Positions 41,336 through 51,014 of a stretch of DNA of 64,000 nt are shown here, piece after piece. Below the pieces are notes generated by a model that saw only the letters and a program-made list of their open reading frames with translations, had not been told where the DNA came from and made no database searches. Each line of letters opens with the position of its first letter. The stretch's first letter is position 1. Where the stretch lies: contig CAIQQJ010000131.1 in NCBI GenBank assembly GCA_903873905.1, forward strand, positions 96,490 to 160,489. Direction: 5' to 3'. This DNA comes from an uncultured Flavobacteriales bacterium (GTDB lineage: Bacteria > Bacteroidota > Bacteroidia > Palsa-965). A program made the position numbers and the translations under genes.

Positions 41336-42226
41336 ATGAATCGCAAGAGAATTGCTTTTGTCATTAACCCGAATTCCGGTAGCGACAAGAAAACGGATCG
41401 TGTTAAACTCATTCGCAGCCTGATCAATTATTCTTACGACAGTGAAATTATTCTTTGGAAAAATATTTCCGATCGTGATGAAATTTTTCAAAATGTAAGT
41501 ACTGGTGAATTTGACATTGCCGTTGCAGTTGGAGGTGATGGAACAGTAAGTCAATTGGCGGAAGTATTATGTGAAACGGACGTTGCGCTTGGAATTATTC
41601 CTTTCGGATCTGGAAATGGACTTGCTCGTCATTTGGGAATACCACTGAAGCCAGCAGCTGCGATGAAATTATTGGAAACAGGCGTTGTAAAGAAAATTGA
41701 TCGTGGACGAATAAATAATCGTTCATTTTTCTGCACAGCAGGTGTTGGCTTTGATGCACGCATCGGAAAATTATTTGCCGAAAGTGAGACGCGAGGATTT
41801 TGGACATATGGAAAAATGACCTTGTCGGAATTTCGCTCTTACAAAGCGGAAAATTATTCAATAGAGATTGACGGAAAGAAACTTGAAAGGACTGCATTTC
41901 TGATGACCATCGCTAATGCAGGACAATATGGAAACAATGCATGGATTGCCCCAAAGGCAAATGTTGCAGATGAAATTTTACATTTTTCTATTTTACTTCC
42001 ATTCCGATGGTGGAATATGGTTGGTATCGCTGGGAAAATGTTTGGGAAAAAACTAGATACATCTCGCTTTCTAGAAAGTTTTACTGGAAAGAAAATTACC
42101 ATTACGAGAAAGTCAGAAGGCGCAATTCATTATGACGGCGAACCTGATTTTATGGGAACAGAATTGATTGCCTCTATTGACTCTGCTGCATTGAATGTGG
42201 TAGTGCCAAATAATTTCAAAGGCTGA
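41336..42226 (+). CDS. DgkB/YegS-family lipid kinase (DAGK_cat domain)
   Basis: Start at MNRKRIAFVINPNSG. Motifs GGDGT and GSGNGLAR align with B. subtilis DgkB. Confidence 0.8.
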   Translation: MNRKRIAFVINPNSGSDKKTDRVKLIRSLINYSYDSEIILWKNISDRDEIFQNVSTGEFDIAVAVGGDGTVSQLAEVLCETDVALGIIPFGSGNGLARHLGIPLKPAAAMKLLETGVVKKIDRGRINNRSFFCTAGVGFDARIGKLFAESETRGFWTYGKMTLSEFRSYKAENYSIEIDGKKLERTAFLMTIANAGQYGNNAWIAPKANVADEILHFSILLPFRWWNMVGIAGKMFGKKLDTSRFLESFTGKKITITRKSEGAIHYDGEPDFMGTELIASIDSAALNVVVPNNFKG

Positions 42227-42241
42227 TTTTCAAAACCATTT

Positions 42242-42658
42242 TCAGCTGTTGGAATAGAGCGCAAGCAAATGATTTTCTGAATCACAGAAGAGTGCATAAT
42301 ATCCACTTTTGTGGTCAATCATTGTTTTCGCAATAATTGTTGCTCCGTCCTTGTTTGTGTTTCTAATCAATGATTTAGGTTGTATTATTTTACCACCAAA
42401 ACTTTCAACACGTTCTAGGACAAGTCCCATATCTGACTCAACTTTAAAAAACAATACAGGACCTGGTCCTTGGCAAATGATTTCCTTGCTCTCTACAAGT
42501 GAAATAGACAAGTGCTCGTTAAGCTTTGATATCGCATGTCTCCTACCTTCAAAACTCTGGTGGTTAAAAATAAGACCTAGCACCTTACCATAAAAAACTA
42601 CGGCATTATCGAAATCGTTGACTGGAATTTCAATCCAAGGAATCTGCGTGATTTTCAT
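42242..42658 (-). CDS. VOC/glyoxalase-family protein
   Basis: 138 aa. N-terminal MKITQIPWIEIPVNDFDNAVVFYGKVLG is a typical glyoxalase fold opening. Confidence 0.6.
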   Translation of the reverse strand: MKITQIPWIEIPVNDFDNAVVFYGKVLGLIFNHQSFEGRRHAISKLNEHLSISLVESKEIICQGPGPVLFFKVESDMGLVLERVESFGGKIIQPKSLIRNTNKDGATIIAKTMIDHKSGYYALFCDSENHLLALYSNS

Positions 42659-42672
42659 AACAATTGTTCTAG

Positions 42673-43488
42673 CTAAAAATTAATTCCGATAAAACTGACA
42701 TCATCCGTTTGAACTGTATTCTGTTTCCAGTCATTGAAAATTTCTACAAAAAAAATGCATTGCTCATCAAGTGACATATGCGATGAATTGGAAATTATCT
42801 CCCCAATCCTTTTGCGTGAGAACTTTTTCCTGTTCATTCCATTGTATTGGTGTTTCAATCCATCAGAAAAAAGATAGATCCGATCACCTTCCTTGATTTC
42901 TCTCTTGATGGTCTTGAAAGATCGGTTCTTCTCGATTTGCCAGCCACCAATTGGATAACTATTACCTCTCAGTAACTCTATTTTCTTTTGATTACAGAAA
43001 TAGAATTCTCCATTTGCTGAGGAATATTGAAATTCTTTCGTGGCCGGATTGTATGAACACAAGGTAATTTCCATCCAATCATTATTGAAATCAATATCCT
43101 TGTTCTCATCATTAAAAGTTTCAATCCACTTCTTGTCAAGTTCTGTAAGATAATCGCCAAGATTATCAAAATTTTTATTGATGACATAATTCAACAAACT
43201 TATTCCCAAAACACTGAGCATAGCCCCACCAATTCCATGTCCCGTGCAATCAGCCAATGCAAAATAGTATACACCATTCTTTTCAGTAAGCCAATAAAAA
43301 TCACCACCGATGATTTGTTGTGGCTGGTAATAAACAAAATGATCTGAGAAAGCTGCTTCAAAATGTCTGTCCTTCGGCAACAATCCCTTTTGAATGGTAG
43401 AAGCATAAATAATACCATGCTGAAACTGGTTAATCGTTTCCCGCAACATAGAGTCTTTGTGTTTGGATAATAGTTTCATCATCATCAT
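42673..43488 (-). CDS. standalone PP2C/SpoIIE-type serine/threonine phosphatase
   Basis: 271 aa. Metal-binding motifs GGDFY, ADCTGHG, SDG and DDV(S) are present. There is no sensory or receiver domain. Confidence 0.8.
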   Translation of the reverse strand: MMMMKLLSKHKDSMLRETINQFQHGIIYASTIQKGLLPKDRHFEAAFSDHFVYYQPQQIIGGDFYWLTEKNGVYYFALADCTGHGIGGAMLSVLGISLLNYVINKNFDNLGDYLTELDKKWIETFNDENKDIDFNNDWMEITLCSYNPATKEFQYSSANGEFYFCNQKKIELLRGNSYPIGGWQIEKNRSFKTIKREIKEGDRIYLFSDGLKHQYNGMNRKKFSRKRIGEIISNSSHMSLDEQCIFFVEIFNDWKQNTVQTDDVSFIGINF

Positions 43489-43577
43489 TTTTCCTTTCTC
43501 AGAAATTCCAAGTCCAATACTTTTTCATCACTTGCGGTAGTTAAGAAAAAGACAAAGTGTTTTTATTCAAAAAAAAA

Positions 43578-45932
43578 TTATTTCAAGAGTGTCAAGTAAC
43601 CCGTGAGATTGTATTTTTTATTGTCAAATCCAATAGCATTCAAAACATAATAATATGTTCCATCTGTTGCAATGTTGCCAGATGTTGTTCGTCCGTCCCA
43701 ACCAATCAACGGACTTTCACTCGCAAAAAGCAAGGCTCCCCAACGATCAAATATTTGCAATTTAAATTCCCTGATTCCAATTGTTGAAACAAAGAAATTA
43801 TCATTCACTCCATCAGCATTTGGTGTGAAAACATTTGGAATCGTTACCAAAGAAGGAATATCATTTACAACAATGGTTGCAATTGCGGTGTCTGAACATC
43901 CAGCAGCATCACTTGCGGTGAGAATGACAACAAAAGTTCCCGGAGTATTATAACTATAAGAAGGATTTATGCTGTTACTTCCCGCGCTGTTGTCTCCGAA
44001 ATTCCATTGCCAAGTTGTAACATTGGACGAACTGCTATTCGTAAAGTTGACAGGAAGTGGTGAAATACCAGTATAAACATTGGCAAAAAAACCAGCATTC
44101 ACCTGATCAACGTTTACTGTTAGAAAGGAAGTGTCAACACCACAGGCATTACTTGCAATCACAAAATAATTTCCTTGCGCGGTGACGATGATGGAATTAC
44201 TTGTTGCTCCATTACTCCACAAAAAATTATTCGCACCAGATGCTGTTAGCGTTGCACTATCGCCATTACAAATAAAAGCGCTTCCACTTATTACAGCAAC
44301 GGGATTAGGCTGAATTGTTATTGAAATTTGCGCAGAATCTGTCCCACAACTATTCGTTGCAGTAACAATATAATTTCCAGCAGCGCCAACATATATCGAA
44401 GAGCTTGTTGGGCCAGAACTCCAAGAATAAGAGTTTCCACCCGAAGCAATAAGTTGAACTGAATCGCCTTGACAAATTGATGTTGGGCCGTTTGCTATTA
44501 TGCTTGCGTTGGGTAAAGGGAGAACGTTTACGGCAATTGTTTGTGTATCACTTCCACAAGTTGTGCTAACTGTTACCGTATAAGTTCCTGCAGTAGTAAC
44601 CGTAATAGAAGGCGTGCTTGCACTTGTATTCCACAAATAATTATTTCCTCCTGATGCAGAAAGTGTAACATTCCCTCCAACACAAAAAGTAGTTGGACCG
44701 CTAGCAGAAATTTGTGCAACAGGAAGTGGTAAGACATTCACAGTAATTGCTTCTGTATCATTTCCACATGTGTTCGTTGCCATCACGGTATAAGTTCCCG
44801 CTGCATTAACGGTAATTGCAGAAGTTGTTGCTGTATTGCTCCATAAATAAGATGTTCCTCCGCTTGCTGTCAATGTTACATTTCCTCCTGTACAAAATGT
44901 TGTTGGTCCACCTGCTGCAATTTGTGCGATAGCAGCAGGAATGACATTGATAGAAACTGTTGTTGTCGCAGAATCATTGCAAACACCGTGAACAGAAAAA
45001 GTAAGAACTGTATTTCCATTGTCACCTGCTCCAGCTGTGTAAACTGTATTGGCAGAATTTGCGGGAGAAAAAAAGCCTGTACCACCTGACCAATGCACAG
45101 AAGAAAAACTTCCTGATGCTGTTCCTGAAAGATTTATTGTTCCATTGCTGCATACATTTCCTCCGCCAGTTGCAAAAGCCGCTAATGGAACAAATGGAGC
45201 TTGGCATCCATAATTGACATAGGTGGCTATAGGTGTCCCTGGCCAACTAAACAATACCGTGGCTCCATCATTTTGCGCCGAGGAGCCGCCATAAGTTCCC
45301 AAAACATTTACAAGCAATGCGCGATCATAGGTAACAGTATCACTACAACCAGATGGCGTATATCGCATGATCAATGTTCGTGTTGAAGATGCACCAGTTG
45401 GAATAGTTGTGATCGTGGCAGTATTATTTGTATTGGCAAAATGTCCTTGGAAATTATTGGGATTTTGAAAAATAAGATAAAGTGTATCCGTAAGATTTGT
45501 AAATGAATTTGCAGTGACGCACATATCTGTTGAGCTGATCAACAATACCTCTTTTCCTGCAGGAATTATTCCACCCACTGGTTCCACGAGATGACCACAA
45601 CTCATAATGGTTGCATTGAGTTGTGAAGTCAATTGTGCTGTAAGAGCATTCTGAACAAGACCTTGATAAGTATTATTTGGCCAAGTAATTGAAATACCCG
45701 TGATGTTAATCGCACTGGGTCCGGTTCTGAAACGAACCATTTCATTTTTTCCTTCGCAATTACAAGCGGGACTTGCAGAGTTTGTGCATCCCGATCCAGG
45801 AACGCATGCGTCAACAAGAATACTTTCTATTTCAAAACATTTAGCTGGAATCTGCGCAGACAAATTTGCTGCGAAGAAAATCAGGACAGATAAAATTGTA
45901 ATTCTTCTAAGAGATAAATTGAAAGTGCGCAT
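43578..45932 (-). CDS. T9SS cargo adhesin with about 5 SprB-type repeats, PKD domain and type-B (gliding-motility-associated) C-terminal domain
   Basis: Start at MRTFNLSLRRITILSVLIFFAANLSAQ. The repeats read AAGGPTTFCTGGNVTLTASGG.SYLWS...T.T.TN.CG. The PKD part is WQWNFGDNSAG. The C-terminus FTPNADGVNDNF...GTYYYVL matches TIGR04131. Confidence 0.8.
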   Translation of the reverse strand: MRTFNLSLRRITILSVLIFFAANLSAQIPAKCFEIESILVDACVPGSGCTNSASPACNCEGKNEMVRFRTGPSAINITGISITWPNNTYQGLVQNALTAQLTSQLNATIMSCGHLVEPVGGIIPAGKEVLLISSTDMCVTANSFTNLTDTLYLIFQNPNNFQGHFANTNNTATITTIPTGASSTRTLIMRYTPSGCSDTVTYDRALLVNVLGTYGGSSAQNDGATVLFSWPGTPIATYVNYGCQAPFVPLAAFATGGGNVCSNGTINLSGTASGSFSSVHWSGGTGFFSPANSANTVYTAGAGDNGNTVLTFSVHGVCNDSATTTVSINVIPAAIAQIAAGGPTTFCTGGNVTLTASGGTSYLWSNTATTSAITVNAAGTYTVMATNTCGNDTEAITVNVLPLPVAQISASGPTTFCVGGNVTLSASGGNNYLWNTSASTPSITVTTAGTYTVTVSTTCGSDTQTIAVNVLPLPNASIIANGPTSICQGDSVQLIASGGNSYSWSSGPTSSSIYVGAAGNYIVTATNSCGTDSAQISITIQPNPVAVISGSAFICNGDSATLTASGANNFLWSNGATSNSIIVTAQGNYFVIASNACGVDTSFLTVNVDQVNAGFFANVYTGISPLPVNFTNSSSSNVTTWQWNFGDNSAGSNSINPSYSYNTPGTFVVILTASDAAGCSDTAIATIVVNDIPSLVTIPNVFTPNADGVNDNFFVSTIGIREFKLQIFDRWGALLFASESPLIGWDGRTTSGNIATDGTYYYVLNAIGFDNKKYNLTGYLTLLK

Positions 45933-46338
45933 GTTTAAGTTTTTTCCCGACAAAGTGAGCATCAGATATTATTACTGAAAAACTTGAAGAGGTTAAAGAA
46001 TCTATTGGGAAAAAGAAACTTATAGGATATTCACTTCAATAGTTCAAAAGTAAATAATTAGTGTTTCGGGGAGTTTATTTTGGGGTTATGTTATTGACTT
46101 AACAAGCTGATTTGTGATATATCATCCTATTTTTCCTTGCACCAGCAAAAAGATCGTGAAAGTACACGAAAGGAAAAGTGTAATTAGCAAGGTGATGACA
46201 TGAATCTTCTCGATTCGATCACTTCTGAGTAATAGTACAAGCTTTTTCATTTGGGAATTTGGGGTTATTTTGTAAAAAAAACTAATTTCCTTTTCAGATA
46301 GCTTTTCAAATCTTCAGCTTACAAACCATATTGGTTTT

Positions 46339-46377
46339 TTAAAAAACTCCCCTGGACCATCTCGTCAAAGCCCAGGG
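46339..46377 (-). terminator. rho-independent terminator about 150 nt downstream of the cold-shock gene
   Basis: The minus strand reads ccctgggctttgacgagatggtccagggg agtttttt. Confidence 0.5.
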
Positions 46378-46523
46378 AAGTAAAAGCAAAAAACTGAACG
46401 AAAAAAAAGAAACTTTTAATTAGATGAAATATTATTTTTAAAATCTCCTATCAACATAACAAATGTAATGCTGTAGAATGTCGTGTAACTTACCTTGATG
46501 TTATCTATTTGTTTCATTTCTCC

Positions 46524-46721
46524 TCATGACTCTTTTTTTCTGACGTTTATAGCGACAGGTCCCCTCTTTAAAATTTTTATTTCAAAAACTACTTCATCTG
46601 CTTCGGCCACTTTTTCGAGCAAATATTTTTCCTGAACATAATACTCATTACCATTCTCCAGATCTGTAACAAATCCAAATCCGCTTTTTTCATTATAAAA
46701 TTTCACTCGCCCCTTTCTCAT
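46524..46721 (-). CDS. cold-shock protein (CspA family)
   Basis: 65 aa. RNP1-like motif KGFGFV and VKFYNEKSGFGFVT. Confidence 0.85.
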   Translation of the reverse strand: MRKGRVKFYNEKSGFGFVTDLENGNEYYVQEKYLLEKVAEADEVVFEIKILKRGPVAINVRKKES

Positions 46722-46775
46722 TCTATTTTGTTTTAAACCAATTCTCCGAGTTTAATAAATCTTTGGGTAAACCCT

Positions 46776-48095
46776 TTACAAAACAATTTTTCTGGAAATA
46801 GTATTCCACTTATTGCTACAACGCACAATATAAACTCCATGCGACCATGAACGCGTTTCAATTTTTCCACTACCCGATGGAATATTTTTCTCATCATAAA
46901 TGATTCTCCCGGAAATGTCCATGATCTGCAAATCAAAATTCTCTTCACTATTAACCTGATAATTCAATACTTCATCTGCAGCATAAAACCATGTAGCGAA
47001 TTTTTCGACTTGTTGGAAATTAACAGCAACAATGGAACTAACTTTAGTATCACCATTATAATCAGTTTGGCGAAGTCGGTAATAATTGACACCAATTCCC
47101 GGCTCGTAATCTATAGTTTCATAATAATGTTGTTGTGAACTGGTGCCACTGCCATTCACATTGGAAATAGCTTGAAACGGATCACCGTTTACTGAACGCT
47201 CCACTGTGAAGAAATTGTTATTCGTTTCACTCGATGTAATCCAATTCAAATCAACTGAATTTTTATTCGCAGAAGTTGCAGTGAAATTTAGAAGATTGAT
47301 TGGAAGAACAGTTGTACAAGCATTATCTGAATTGGCCGTCACATGCACGTTATCAATGGCCATGTGAGGATCATTACTACCATTGTTCGCGTCCCACCAA
47401 CGCAACATTAAATAATTATTGATTGGCACATTTACTGGAATACAAACAGAAATGTGACCACTTACAGTTCCCGGGTAACTACTGATTTGATTTGAAGAAG
47501 CCGTTGCGCTATTATTGGGAGCGGTGTAATTTGCTGTTACAACATTAGTATACGTATGAGCATTATTTGGAAGATCCGCTGAAGTTAAATTAGAGGAACT
47601 CACGAAATAAGACAAAAAATTCACGTTCGGATTATTACCATTTTCTGCAAGAGACAATTGATACCAATCGAAATCGACACTAATGGAAACTATGGGAAGC
47701 CCAAAATTATTCCGCAAACACAAACCCAATCCAATTCCACGTTGCCCATTAACACCAGGAATGTCAGGACCACCAGAATTATTAGATGGCCTTGTACCCA
47801 ACTTCATGTCCGTTCCACCATTGATTTGATAAACAGCCCAACCTCCAGCATTTGGTGGAACTGCAGCTGTAATATTTATCGTTGCACGAAATGGATCAGT
47901 TCCAGCAGCTGTAATTTGGTAACTCGTAGCATACCACCCAAGAAAAGTTGAATTATCTGTCCATGTAAGAACAGAGGAAGTTCCAAAATTCTGTGAATAG
48001 TTCCCTGCAGAAAATGTTGCTTGCGCATCACTTTTATGATTGCAGAAAATCAAAAACATTATTAGAAATAGAAAAAGTTTTTCCCTTTTTATCAT
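46776..48095 (-). CDS. T9SS type-A cargo protein of unknown function
   Basis: 439 aa with a signal peptide. The C-terminal beta sandwich (GVYIVRCSNKWNTISRKIVL) is Por_Secre_tail-like. Confidence 0.7.
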   Translation of the reverse strand: MIKREKLFLFLIMFLIFCNHKSDAQATFSAGNYSQNFGTSSVLTWTDNSTFLGWYATSYQITAAGTDPFRATINITAAVPPNAGGWAVYQINGGTDMKLGTRPSNNSGGPDIPGVNGQRGIGLGLCLRNNFGLPIVSISVDFDWYQLSLAENGNNPNVNFLSYFVSSSNLTSADLPNNAHTYTNVVTANYTAPNNSATASSNQISSYPGTVSGHISVCIPVNVPINNYLMLRWWDANNGSNDPHMAIDNVHVTANSDNACTTVLPINLLNFTATSANKNSVDLNWITSSETNNNFFTVERSVNGDPFQAISNVNGSGTSSQQHYYETIDYEPGIGVNYYRLRQTDYNGDTKVSSIVAVNFQQVEKFATWFYAADEVLNYQVNSEENFDLQIMDISGRIIYDEKNIPSGSGKIETRSWSHGVYIVRCSNKWNTISRKIVL

Positions 48096-48121
48096 TGTCG
48101 CAAAAATATAATTTGCGACAA
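48096..48121. promoter_or_regulatory. perfect 10-bp inverted repeat ttgtcgcaaa-N6-tttgcgacaa abutting the start codon of 46776..48095
   Basis: The repeat is directly visible and is a candidate operator. It occupies positions -1 to -26 relative to the ATG. Confidence 0.4.
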
Positions 48122-48639
48122 GTGGTTGAGCAAATCAGAATTGAATGCTGCTAGGATTTTCACTTGTCTTAGCTTCACAAAAGTATTTCCAGTTTATTCA
48201 TTGAAGGTTATGGCAGAATAAAGTTTTGGTAAAATAAATTACCATAATTCCTTTAAACCAATCAACAAACCTGTTTTTATGAAAAACCACTCACTTCAAC
48301 CACTTATTTGTCTGCAGGTTAAAGACAACTTAACCTAGCCGCCATAATTTTGATGTGAAAAATAATTCAACCCCATGACGACCAAAATAAAAAACGAGAA
48401 GCAGCTAAAAGAAATCATAAAACCCAGATCAACATCTTCCTCCTTTTTGAAAATCACAAATTCAACACAATCATTTTCTGGAACTATTGAGGAACATAAT
48501 TTCATTGGCCATTCCAGAAATTCACACAAAAAGAATTTTTTTCAAGGAACACGTAATTGAGCATCCAAAAATCTCATTCCAATTACCAGTTCATTGCTGT
48601 GAATTAGTTTCATTTTCTTACATTTAGGTAAAATCAGAA

Positions 48640-50277
48640 ATGAAACAATTCCTTCTTTCAATAATTCTTATTGTAGCAACTGGCCGATTCAGTTACGCTC
48701 AAACACCATCCATTCTTTGGCATTTCAATACACACGATGCCTCCTTCGGGAATGCCGCGCTCGGTGATTTGGATCATGATGGTCGTCCTGAGATTGCCTT
48801 CAGTTCCTATTGGGGCGATAGCTGCATTTATGTTTTGAATGCCGAAGATGGAACTTTGCTTTGGAAAAAAAACATGAACGGTTGCAATGATGCAGCTCCA
48901 ATAATTTTTGATGTCGACAATGATAGTTTACCTGAAGTTATTCTTGCATCATCCTGTAATCCTGTTCTTACTTGCTTCAATGGAATTGATGGCGCGATAA
49001 AATGGCAAACTCCTTTTGGAGGAACAGATTCTCCACCTTCAATTGCTGATATTGATGGTGATAATCAAATGGAGATTTTGGTTGGTGATTTCGAAGGGCG
49101 TTTGAATTGTTACCGTGCGTTGAATGGAACGTTGAAATGGCAAATTACAGTTGATGCCAACGCTGCAATTGAAGCATCGCCTGCATTGGTGGATGTAAAC
49201 AATGATACACATCCCGACATTATCGTAAATACATGGGCCTATGGAGGAAGTGGCGACAGCACTGCCGTATACGCTTATGATGGTATGACTCAATCATTGC
49301 TTTGGAAAAATCCAATTCCCACTGATGTAATTTATCATGGTGCCGCTTTTGCTGATGTGGATGAAGATGGAAAACCTGAATTGGCCATTACTTCCTATGA
49401 TGGAAATGTTTATTTACTGAATGGCGAAAATGGTTCTGTCGCATGGCAATACCCAACTCCCGGATTAACTTACATTGGTGATCCTGTTACAATTGGTGAT
49501 CTTGATAATGACAACCATCTCGATCTTGTTTTCATTGGTGGATATGGTGAAGTGGATGCACTCGATCGTTTTGGTGGATTGAAATGGAATTTCATGCTTC
49601 CGCTATATCAATCTTCCTTTCGTGGCGCTTCACTTGCTGATGTGAATAATGACGACACGCTTGATGTTGTTTTTGCCGCATCGAATGGCGTACTCTATGC
49701 GTTGAATGGAAGCAGAGGAAATCTCTTGTGGAACATAAATCTTCGAACCGATTATGGCGATTCATCTTATTCATTGGAACACGGACCTGTGATTTCCAAT
49801 TTCAGAAATGATGACACGCTTGATGTTTTTGTTGCTGGCGGTTATGCCAATTATCCGAATATACAAACAGATTTCGGTCGGGCTTATGCAATTAAAATTG
49901 GGAAAAGTCCTGGACCAGCATGGACCATGTTTCAGCATGATTACACACGCAGCAATTGCATTTGTACTCCTACTCCAACAGGAATAATTTCTCAGGAAAT
50001 GAATTCGCTAAACATAAGCGATGCGCCAAATCCTTTCACAGAAAAAATTGTTTTCAATATCTCCCTCGATAAAAACACAACCGTCAATGCTGCCGTTTTT
50101 GATATGCAAGGCGTAGCGGTAAAAACTTTTTCGGATGAAACTTTAGCAACAGGTAATTACCAATACATCTGGCAAGGAAAGGACGATGGCGGAAATAATC
50201 TTCCAGCAGGAATTTATTTTTTCAGGATCACAGCGGGCAATTTTTCTTCAGTGAAGAAAGTCGTTCTGATGCGATGA
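48640..50277 (+). CDS. FG-GAP/PQQ-like beta-propeller repeat protein with T9SS type-A C-terminal domain
   Basis: 545 aa. Eight D-x-D/N-x-D-G/T Ca-binding-like loops (DLDHDGRPE, DVDNDSLPE, DIDGDNQME ...) alternate with NG(T)LLW blades. The tail is NPFTEKIVFNI...GIYFFRI. Confidence 0.75.
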   Translation: MKQFLLSIILIVATGRFSYAQTPSILWHFNTHDASFGNAALGDLDHDGRPEIAFSSYWGDSCIYVLNAEDGTLLWKKNMNGCNDAAPIIFDVDNDSLPEVILASSCNPVLTCFNGIDGAIKWQTPFGGTDSPPSIADIDGDNQMEILVGDFEGRLNCYRALNGTLKWQITVDANAAIEASPALVDVNNDTHPDIIVNTWAYGGSGDSTAVYAYDGMTQSLLWKNPIPTDVIYHGAAFADVDEDGKPELAITSYDGNVYLLNGENGSVAWQYPTPGLTYIGDPVTIGDLDNDNHLDLVFIGGYGEVDALDRFGGLKWNFMLPLYQSSFRGASLADVNNDDTLDVVFAASNGVLYALNGSRGNLLWNINLRTDYGDSSYSLEHGPVISNFRNDDTLDVFVAGGYANYPNIQTDFGRAYAIKIGKSPGPAWTMFQHDYTRSNCICTPTPTGIISQEMNSLNISDAPNPFTEKIVFNISLDKNTTVNAAVFDMQGVAVKTFSDETLATGNYQYIWQGKDDGGNNLPAGIYFFRITAGNFSSVKKVVLMR

Positions 50278-50317
50278 TTAATTCTGATTTCTAAAGATTA
50301 ATTAACTAGCCGTTTTC

Positions 50318-51004
50318 TCATTGCGTGAAACTCACCAACAAATAATTCACTAAACTGGTTTGTTTTCCATCCACTTTTGCATCAGCTGAGATTTTCATCA
50401 CAGTGCCTGAATTTTTTATCCAAGTGTTTTCTTGTAAATTTTTTATTGTACAAATCTCCGCCTTCTCTTTTTCAGAAGGAAGATGAAGCATTACGGTGAA
50501 TCTATTTTTTGGAACAAGAAACCAGCAAACTGTTATTCCGTCTTTTGACTTTTTATTTACAACCATCATTTTTTTCAAAACAGGATAATCATTCATTTTG
50601 AAATCAAGTGAGGCTGTATCCACATCGCCCTTGAAAAAAGCGGTGAATAGTAAATCAGCATTCGGATTCATTTGTGCACCCATTGGTCCACCACCGTTAT
50701 TGAATAGATTTTCATTGCCCAGAATATCTTCTCCGTTTAGTGAATCCAAAAATGGCTCAATCCATTCCACTAATTTCTGTGGATCAGGTGTCCCTGCATT
50801 TTTATCATTCATGACAAAAAAGCAAGCAATTCCATTTTCCTCAATTTTTCTTGGAGCGGACAAAACAGTTTTTACTTTTGACGAGTCAATAGATACTGTT
50901 TCTGCAGGGAAACTATCAGATTTCTTGTCGGCAAATTTTTCTCCACAACCAAAAAAAAGAAAAGCTGAAACAGGTAAAAGAAATAGGAAAGAAGAAATAT
51001 TCAT
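50318..51004 (-). CDS. lipoprotein (hypothetical)
   Basis: 228 aa. Lipobox LFFGC. Confidence 0.6.
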   Translation of the reverse strand: MNISSFLFLLPVSAFLFFGCGEKFADKKSDSFPAETVSIDSSKVKTVLSAPRKIEENGIACFFVMNDKNAGTPDPQKLVEWIEPFLDSLNGEDILGNENLFNNGGGPMGAQMNPNADLLFTAFFKGDVDTASLDFKMNDYPVLKKMMVVNKKSKDGITVCWFLVPKNRFTVMLHLPSEKEKAEICTIKNLQENTWIKNSGTVMKISADAKVDGKQTSLVNYLLVSFTQ

Positions 51005-51014
51005 TTTTAATTAA

